NCBI GenBank assembly: GCA_002371755.1
Contig: DFGM01000082.1
Coordinates: 1 to 53,349, forward strand
Source of the DNA: Verrucomicrobia bacterium UBA3750
GTDB lineage: Bacteria > Verrucomicrobiota > Kiritimatiellia > RFP12 > UBA1067
DNA: 53,349 nt
Direction of reading: 5' to 3'
Shown here: positions 46,936 to 53,349 of the stretch, in pieces
Numbering within the stretch: position 1 is the stretch's first letter
Layout of the letters: each line of letters begins with the position of its first letter
Translations under genes and position numbers: made by a program
The notes under the pieces: model-generated
Told to the model about the DNA's origin: nothing
The model's database searches: none
What the model saw: the letters and a program-made list of their open reading frames with translations, nothing else

Positions 46936-47583
46936 ATGAACGCCTGCTTTTTCGATATGGACGGCACGATTATCGATTCGCGCGCCGACTTGGCGGCGAC
47001 AGTGAACCATACCCGTCGCGATTTGGGGCTTGTGGAGCTTGCGCAGGAAGACGTGCTCGTGCATGTGGGACGAGGCGCAAGGCATCTTCTCGCAAACGCA
47101 ATCCCCGAACACGCCGGCGAAGCGGACAGACTTTTCGGCATTTTCATGTCGCATTACGAAGAGCACATGCTCGAATCCGTCACGCTCTATCCTGGCGTGA
47201 AGCGCACCCTGGACGAGCTTCTGGAGCGCGGCTGGAAGCTCGGGATAAACACGGCAAAGCCTGCGCGCGCCGTCCATGCCATCCTCGAACGCTTTGGCTT
47301 GAAGCGTTATTTCGGCAATGCCGTGGTGGCTGGTGGCGATTGCGCCGAAATGAAGCCTTCCGCCTTGCCTTTGCGGGAATGCGCCTCGAGGATGGGCGGC
47401 CACAGGCTTTCCTCGCACGATTGGATGGTCGGCGACAACTGGACCGATATCAAGTGCGCGCACAACGCCGGCGTAAAAAGCGCATTCTGCTCGTTCGGCT
47501 TCGGCGTGCTCGACTCGTGCCCGCCCACAATCAAAATCAACCGCTTCGACGAACTTCTACGTTATCTAAAGGACGAATCGTGA
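46936..47583 (+). CDS. HAD-family hydrolase (phosphoglycolate phosphatase-like)
   Basis: FDMDGTIIDS, LYPGV, KP.ALP, MVGD...D. Confidence 0.85.
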   Translation: MNACFFDMDGTIIDSRADLAATVNHTRRDLGLVELAQEDVLVHVGRGARHLLANAIPEHAGEADRLFGIFMSHYEEHMLESVTLYPGVKRTLDELLERGWKLGINTAKPARAVHAILERFGLKRYFGNAVVAGGDCAEMKPSALPLRECASRMGGHRLSSHDWMVGDNWTDIKCAHNAGVKSAFCSFGFGVLDSCPPTIKINRFDELLRYLKDES

Positions 47584-49802
47584 ATACCGGAACATCCGAG
47601 CTTCTCGCCCCCGCAGGCGATTTCGATACCGCGCTTGCCGCATTCAAGGCGGGCGCCGATGCGGTCTATTGCGGGCTGCTGGATTTTTCCGCCCGCCAGT
47701 TCGCCAGGAACTTCTCTGCCGACGAGCTTTCTGCGCTTATGCGTTATGCGCGCGCCAACGGCAAGAAGGTCTACGTCACCTTCAATACCATTATCGACGA
47801 GGCTAAACTCGATGATGCCGTCAAATCGCTTGCCGAGCTTGAGGATATCGGGCCCGACGCCATCATCGTGCAGGATCTCGGCGTGGCTGCGATTGCCAGG
47901 AAGTATTTCCCCGGCCTTGCGCTCCATGCTTCCACCCAGCTTGTCGCACACAACCTGGAAGGCGTGCTCTCGCTCAAGGAGCTCGGATTTTCGCGAGTCG
48001 TTCTGGCGCGCGAGCTTTCGCTCCAGGAGGTGGCGTCGATAGCGAAGCGTTGCGGCGTGGAGCTTGAATGTTTCATCCACGGGGCGCTTTGCTATTCGCT
48101 TTCGGGACTCTGTCTCTTCTCGGCGATGGAGAAGGGCAGAAGCGGCAATCGCGGCAGATGCGCATATTGCTGCCGCATGCAGGAAGGATCCATCCATCCT
48201 TATTCGATGAAGGATATGCGCCTTGGGGGCGACGCGCGGCGGCTCGCCGAAGCAGGCGTCGCCTCGCTGAAGATAGAAGGGCGCATGAAGAGCCCCCTCT
48301 ATGTGGCGAGCGTCGTCAAATACTATCGCGACATATTGGATGGCGCAAAGCCCTGCGTCACCGAGGCGGATCTGGAATCGGTCTTTTCGCGTCGCACCAC
48401 GAAGCTTTACCTAGATGGTCGCGCCGGAGGCTCAGAAGTGATAGATGCAGAGTCCGTGGGCCACATAGGCACTAAAATCGGAACGGTGAAACGCATTACA
48501 CGCGACCGCGAGGGGAGAAGCTGGCTTCGATTCCACACTCTTCGCGCACTCGAAAAGCATGACGGATTGCAGTTCATGCCGGTTTCCGGAGGGAAGCCTC
48601 TCGGCTTCGGCATCGGCGAAATGCGCAAGGCGATATCGCGCCACGCCGTTTTCGAGACAATGGCGGGGGATGACGTGGAAGTGCTCCTTCCCGAGGGTGA
48701 AGAAGGTGAAGAACTCAGAAGGTCGATCCGCCAAGGGGACGGGGTCTATTGCTCGATGTCCAACGCAGTCAAGCGCCGTTTTCCGGTGCCTTCCTTCCGC
48801 AGTTCCGATTGGCCTGGCGTGAAGAAGATCGATGTCGCGCTTGAAATCGCCCCCGGCTCCGTTTCGGCGAAGGCGACTTGCGGCGAGCTCGCCGTCTCTG
48901 TTTCCGTTTCGGGCGTGTTTGCGCCTGCCAACAATCCCGGCGCCACTTTCCCTGCGGCCGAAAAGGCGTTTTCGCGTCTCGGCGATTCGGTCTATTCGCT
49001 CGGCAATCTTTCTATCGTGGATGCGGACAGGCTGTTTGTGCCTATGGGTGTGATGAATGCCTTGCGGCGCGACATCGTGTCGGCCCTCGATGCAAAGAGG
49101 GAGGAATTGAAGTCGGCGAAAATCGCGTCTGTGAGGATTCCGGAAAGCGATTGCGGCGAAATCGTGCCGCGCCTAACCGTGAAGGTGCGCCCGGATCAGC
49201 CGCTTCCCGGCGAGGGATACGCAGAGATCGTCGTGGCCATGATGTCGTTCGGGAAGGAGGATGTAGAGGCGGTGAGGTCGTGTGCGGAAAAGGCGAAGAC
49301 GCTTGCTCCTTCCGTGCGCATATCGCTTCCGCCCTATGTGCCGGAGATGGAGTTCAACAAGATGCGTATTGCTGCAAAGGGACTCGTTCGCCTCGGCTTT
49401 GACAAGTGGGAGGTCTCCGGGCTTGGCGCCTTGCGCATGCTCAAGGCGCTCGGGGTCGAGGATGTATCCGCCGATTGGACTCTCTACGCATTCAATTCCG
49501 CATCTCTCGCATCGCTCGCCGCGCTTGGCGTGAAGCGTTTTGTCGCAAGCCCCGAGAACGGTGCGGAGAATCTGGCCTATCTCGCCGAAAGCGGCTATGA
49601 CGTGGAACTCATAGCAAATCAGACCGTGCCTCTTTTCATGTCGCTTACCGAGCCGGCCGCGAAGGAAAGCGCAGGCGGCAGGTATCGCACCTACCGTCTT
49701 GGGAGATTGTGGGTGACGGCGAAGTGCGAAGAAACGCACTTTGGCGGCAGAGAAGGGGTTTCCGCCCGTGCAGACTTTTCGTGGAACGAGCCCGGAAAGT
49801 GA
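47580..49802 (+). CDS. U32 family protein with long C-terminal extension (RlhA-like RNA hydroxylation protein)
   Basis: Start reassigned to GTG 47580; ELLAPAG, GADAVY.G, HASTQ, VVLARELS, FIHGALC...SG.C, SGNRGRC...CR, LKIEGRMK; RLGDS.Y...MNALRR (DUF3656-like). Confidence 0.82.
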   Translation: MNTGTSELLAPAGDFDTALAAFKAGADAVYCGLLDFSARQFARNFSADELSALMRYARANGKKVYVTFNTIIDEAKLDDAVKSLAELEDIGPDAIIVQDLGVAAIARKYFPGLALHASTQLVAHNLEGVLSLKELGFSRVVLARELSLQEVASIAKRCGVELECFIHGALCYSLSGLCLFSAMEKGRSGNRGRCAYCCRMQEGSIHPYSMKDMRLGGDARRLAEAGVASLKIEGRMKSPLYVASVVKYYRDILDGAKPCVTEADLESVFSRRTTKLYLDGRAGGSEVIDAESVGHIGTKIGTVKRITRDREGRSWLRFHTLRALEKHDGLQFMPVSGGKPLGFGIGEMRKAISRHAVFETMAGDDVEVLLPEGEEGEELRRSIRQGDGVYCSMSNAVKRRFPVPSFRSSDWPGVKKIDVALEIAPGSVSAKATCGELAVSVSVSGVFAPANNPGATFPAAEKAFSRLGDSVYSLGNLSIVDADRLFVPMGVMNALRRDIVSALDAKREELKSAKIASVRIPESDCGEIVPRLTVKVRPDQPLPGEGYAEIVVAMMSFGKEDVEAVRSCAEKAKTLAPSVRISLPPYVPEMEFNKMRIAAKGLVRLGFDKWEVSGLGALRMLKALGVEDVSADWTLYAFNSASLASLAALGVKRFVASPENGAENLAYLAESGYDVELIANQTVPLFMSLTEPAAKESAGGRYRTYRLGRLWVTAKCEETHFGGREGVSARADFSWNEPGK

Positions 49803-49836
49803 AGGTGCGGTGACAGGGGAAAGGAGATGATGCTGC

Positions 49837-51525
49837 ATGTTGCGTAGAGTGTTCAGGGTCTTGCGCACGATAGGCTGGTTTTTGCCGGGTCTTCTTCTTT
49901 GGGCGTCGTTTCCGCCGTTTGGCGAGAAGGTGGATTCGCTGGTGGCGCTGGCGCCGCTGTTGTGGCTTGTGCGCAGGGGGGAAGAGCGTGTGGCCGTGAA
50001 GTGGTGGTTCGCGAACGGTCTTCTCTTCTGGGTGTGCACTCTCATGTGGATGCCGGCGATAATGAAGAATGGCGGCCCCATGGTGCTGGTGGCACTTGGC
50101 TGGGGAGCCTTGAGTGCATATTGCGCCTTGTATTTTGCCGCGTTCGGGTATTTTGCCGCCCGTTTCTGGCGTTGGGCGAAAGCGGGTGCGTATTGGCGCA
50201 GGCTTTTGGCGATTCTCGTCGCCGAGCCGGTGCTGTGGGCTGGCCTCGAATGGCTCAGGTCTGCGCTTTTCGGCGGATTCGCCTGGAACCATTTGGGCAC
50301 GGGTGCGATAAATGCCGGCTTTGGGGCGCCTGCGGCTTTGGGCGGCGTCTATCTTGTGAGCGCCTGTGTCATTCTAGCAAGCGGCACGCTCGTCTCTATC
50401 GTGGAGAGAATGCTCGAGCCGGTTTTTGCAGCAAAGGGTTTCCCCGTGACGCCCGCCCCGCGTTGGCTGAGAAGTGTGGAGACTATACTCCCTCTCGCTA
50501 TCGTGTGGCTGTTTTTCCATTTCGCTCCCGACTGCGCCAAGCCTGGTTCGCGGTATGAGAGGGGTGGCGAGATTTCCGCGGCTCTTATCCAGCGCAACTA
50601 CCCGCCCGTCTTCGACAGGGAGCGCGCCATGAGGGAAAACGCCGCCGAGACCTACGGCAAGCTTTTCGCGAACGTCTCGCCTTTGAAGCCCGATCTCGTG
50701 GTGCTCGCGGAAAGCGCGATGGCAGAGTTCGGGGCGATTGATTCGAGAAGGGCCGGCGCCTTCGCCGATTTCGCCCTTGCGGAATCAGGTGCATCCGCCC
50801 TCATCGCAGGCGGTTCGAGGAGCGTGGATGGAAAAGAGTTCAACTCTGCCGCCCTCTATGCCAGAAACTCTCCATTCCAGATCTATGACAAAGTCCATCT
50901 CGTCCCCTTTGGCGAATATATTCCTTTCGACAAGACATTCCCTTGCCTCCAGCGTTTCGCGCCTGTCGGAAGTTGCACGCCGGGGCGCATCAAGCTCCTT
51001 GATTTGAACGGACTCAAGATAGGCGTCGCCATCTGCTTCGAAGGCACCGATTCTGTGCTGATACGCAAGTTTGCGAAGATGGGGGCGCAGCTCCTGGTGT
51101 TCATAACGAACGATACGTGGTTTTCCGACTCGTCCGAATCCGTGCAGCATGCATGGCAATCCGTCGCGCGCGCGGTCGAGACGGGCCTGCCTATCCTGCG
51201 TGTAGGCAACTCCGGCGTCACCGGCGCCGTCGCCTCCTCCGGAGCGGCTGCATGGCTCACCGATTCCTCGTCTCGCCCGCTGGTGGACGAAAAAGGAACG
51301 ATGGTTGAAATAGTCCGCTATCCCGCGAAGGACGCTTTGCCGCTCACGCCTTATGTAAAAACCGGCGACAAGCCGCTTGTGACTGCTTTCATCCTTATTG
51401 TAGCATTCATCGCGGTTTTCGCGAGAAAGAAGAAGCTCCCCGAGGAAGTCAGGGAGCTTTTGGATGAGGATGAGCTACATGGTTTGGAGGATGACTCCCT
51501 TGAGGTAGCGTCCTTCAGGGAATGA
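49837..51525 (+). CDS. lnt: Apolipoprotein N-acyltransferase
   Basis: N-terminal TMs, EWLRS..FGGF.W, nitrilase triad AESA / YDK.HLVPFGEY / ICFE, TND.WF, RAVETG, NSGVT. Confidence 0.92.
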   Translation: MLRRVFRVLRTIGWFLPGLLLWASFPPFGEKVDSLVALAPLLWLVRRGEERVAVKWWFANGLLFWVCTLMWMPAIMKNGGPMVLVALGWGALSAYCALYFAAFGYFAARFWRWAKAGAYWRRLLAILVAEPVLWAGLEWLRSALFGGFAWNHLGTGAINAGFGAPAALGGVYLVSACVILASGTLVSIVERMLEPVFAAKGFPVTPAPRWLRSVETILPLAIVWLFFHFAPDCAKPGSRYERGGEISAALIQRNYPPVFDRERAMRENAAETYGKLFANVSPLKPDLVVLAESAMAEFGAIDSRRAGAFADFALAESGASALIAGGSRSVDGKEFNSAALYARNSPFQIYDKVHLVPFGEYIPFDKTFPCLQRFAPVGSCTPGRIKLLDLNGLKIGVAICFEGTDSVLIRKFAKMGAQLLVFITNDTWFSDSSESVQHAWQSVARAVETGLPILRVGNSGVTGAVASSGAAAWLTDSSSRPLVDEKGTMVEIVRYPAKDALPLTPYVKTGDKPLVTAFILIVAFIAVFARKKKLPEEVRELLDEDELHGLEDDSLEVASFRE

Positions 51526-52686
51526 GAGGGCTACCGGGTGGTCTTTCGGTTGCCCGGTACGAGTGAGAATCTGGAATCTTCGCCTCGCATCCGCTGCGGC
51601 CTCGGCGAGAAGCTGGTCGAAAAACTCGCTTGAGACGGCGCCCGAACACGAGAATGTGGCAAGCACGCCTCCGGGGGCGAGGAGTTTCATCGCGAGGAGG
51701 TTGATGTCTTTGTATCCGCGCGCTGCCTTCATGAGCTGGGATTTGCCATCGGCGAACTTGGGAGGGTCTAGCACAATCATGTCGAATACCCTGCCCTTGT
51801 CGCGGCAAAGCCTGAGATACTTGAAGACGTCAGCCGTCTCGTATTCGATTTCGCCCTTGATTTTATCGGCGTTCAGACTTGCGTTCTTTTGCGCCAGGGC
51901 AATCGCATCGGCCGAAGAATCGACCTGCGTCACCTTCTTTGCGCCTGCGATGGCGGCGTATATGCCGAAGCCGCCAGAGTAGGAGAAGCAGTTGAGCACG
52001 TCTTTTTTGCCGTTCGCATATGCTGCAACCGCCTCGCGCGCATCACGCTGATCCAGATAGAATCCGGTCTTGTGCCCTTTGAGTATGTCCACGGCGAAGC
52101 GGATGCCGTTTTCGGTTATTTCCAGCTCGTCGGGCGGCGTCTCGCCGGCGAGCGGGAAAATCCCCTCTTCGCACGGGAGCTGTTCGCGCTTTCTCGCATC
52201 GGCATCACGCCTCTCGGCTACGCCGTTGCAGCCGGGGAGGGCGGTCATCAGAGCCTGCGCTATGATGTTCTTGTGTCTTTCGGCTCCTGCCGTAGTAAAC
52301 TGGCATACGACCCAACCCGCGTAGTAGTCGGCCACAACGCCGGGCAGATCGTCGTTTTCAGCGTTGATCAAGCGGCAGGCCACAGGGCCTCCAAACAACG
52401 GCAGCAGCCCGGAAAGCGTCCTTTTCGAGACGGCCTTCATGGTGAGAAGACCGAAATAGCCTTCGTTCACCTCGTGATTTGGAAGGAACGAAACCATCCT
52501 CACGCGGATTTGACTCATGGTGGACCACCAGCCGCAGCCGACAGTCTCGCCGTTTGAAGCCTGCACCGCGACGATTTCGCCTGGCGCGATTTCTTCCGTG
52601 GGCGGCTCGAGCGCCCCGGAAAACACCCATGGGTGCATCCGGAGCACAGAGCGTTCTTTCCCGGGTTTCAGATAGACTTTTTTCAT
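51475..52686 (-). CDS. rlmI: RlmI-like class I SAM-dependent rRNA methyltransferase (PUA + MTase)
   Basis: HPWVFSG, GHKTGFYLDQR, VLNCFSYSGGF, VLDPPKF, TFSCSG, DHP....PEG.YLK. Confidence 0.88.
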   Translation of the reverse strand: MKKVYLKPGKERSVLRMHPWVFSGALEPPTEEIAPGEIVAVQASNGETVGCGWWSTMSQIRVRMVSFLPNHEVNEGYFGLLTMKAVSKRTLSGLLPLFGGPVACRLINAENDDLPGVVADYYAGWVVCQFTTAGAERHKNIIAQALMTALPGCNGVAERRDADARKREQLPCEEGIFPLAGETPPDELEITENGIRFAVDILKGHKTGFYLDQRDAREAVAAYANGKKDVLNCFSYSGGFGIYAAIAGAKKVTQVDSSADAIALAQKNASLNADKIKGEIEYETADVFKYLRLCRDKGRVFDMIVLDPPKFADGKSQLMKAARGYKDINLLAMKLLAPGGVLATFSCSGAVSSEFFDQLLAEAAADARRRFQILTRTGQPKDHPVALSFPEGRYLKGVILQTM

Positions 52687-52687
52687 G

Positions 52688-53349
52688 TTAGCGCACCCGC
52701 TTTATTGCACCGAACTTGCAGACCTGGCTGCACTGGATGCAGCCTGCGCACTGGCTCGGGTCTATGACCATCTGGTAAGCGCCGGGGCGGATTTCCTTGC
52801 CGCGCGTCATGGCAGGGCAGCCCATCTTGAAGCAGGCGCCGCAAGCCTTGCACTTTTCGGCATCGACTTCGCAAAGACCGGCCTTCGTGAGTTTTGCCGC
52901 AATGCGGCACGGAGCGTAGGCGATGATAAGCGCACCTTCATCGCCATCCATTGCGTCCTTGAGAACGCGTTCGAGCTCGCCGAGGTCGTCGGCGGAAACC
53001 CTTGCCACCTTTTTGTAGCCCATAGCCTTGGCGACATCGGCAATATCCGTGACGGGAGCGGGATCGCCCGCGAGAGTCTTGCCGGTGCCGGGGTTGTCCT
53101 GATGGCCCGTCATAGCCGTGATGCGGTTATCAAGGACTACGGTAGTCACCGGCGTGCCGTTGTAGAGGGCGGAAAGTATGCCCGTCATGCCGGAATGGAA
53201 GAATGTGGAATCTCCCAGGACTGCGCAGATGCGCCCCTTCAGGCCTGCCTTCTTCATGCCGGCCGCGTTGCCGATGGAAGCGCCCATGCAGATGGTGGAG
53301 TCCATTGCGTTGAGGGGCGGGAACGCACCGAGGGTGTAGCAGCCGATAT
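52688..53349 (-). CDS. iorA: Indolepyruvate:ferredoxin oxidoreductase alpha subunit, 5' part outside the window
   Basis: Frame open to the window edge (IGCYTLG); CMGAS, TPP motif GDSTF.HSG...LDN..TAMTGHQ; ferredoxin motifs CKACGAC..CP and CAGCIQCSQVC. Confidence 0.9.
   Translation of the reverse strand, partial: IGCYTLGAFPPLNAMDSTICMGASIGNAAGMKKAGLKGRICAVLGDSTFFHSGMTGILSALYNGTPVTTVVLDNRITAMTGHQDNPGTGKTLAGDPAPVTDIADVAKAMGYKKVARVSADDLGELERVLKDAMDGDEGALIIAYAPCRIAAKLTKAGLCEVDAEKCKACGACFKMGCPAMTRGKEIRPGAYQMVIDPSQCAGCIQCSQVCKFGAIKRVR

Noticed and set aside
46884-47579. 972-aa version of the U32 protein
   Set aside because: The extension overlaps the HAD gene in another frame and is Arg-rich nonsense; U32 homology starts right after GTG 47580

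Overview
A GC-rich, gene-dense bacterial chromosomal window from a diderm, probably anaerobic organism. The gene content and style suggest a gut/rumen PVC-superphylum bacterium such as Kiritimatiellae; this is an impression, not a database result. A housekeeping backbone (hom, aspartokinase, HU, fadD-like, tsaE, argC, ruvB, rimO, fabD, fabG, gpmI, rhaB, a U32 protein, lnt, rlmI-like, partial iorA) is interrupted by three accessory modules. (1) 3460-16008: a tightly coupled Tad/Flp pilus operon (cpaB, secretin, ATPase, tadB, tadC, Flp-like pilin) wired to Ser/Thr phosphosignalling. It has an FHA-fused ATPase, two large FHA-transmembrane proteins of unknown function and a receptor-like Ser/Thr kinase with an extracytoplasmic BspA-type LRR domain. 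This is the best candidate for an undescribed system. (2) 19148-26104: a polysaccharide-export cassette with a short OPX lipoprotein, an unknown secreted helical protein, an outer-membrane beta-barrel, a WaaL/Wzy-like protein and a Wzc kinase that has Tyr/Gly-rich low-complexity tracts at both ends. (3) about 30380-40999: a glycan/sialic-acid module (GH3, AraC, NanA with a Tat-like signal, sialidase fused to a domain-swapped GH3, a tandem lectin-like protein, a Tat phosphoesterase). Its left edge carries a 22-bp palindromic tandem array and GTAG-type REP-like hairpins. No rRNA, tRNA, CRISPR array or transposase was seen. All calls come from motif reading only.
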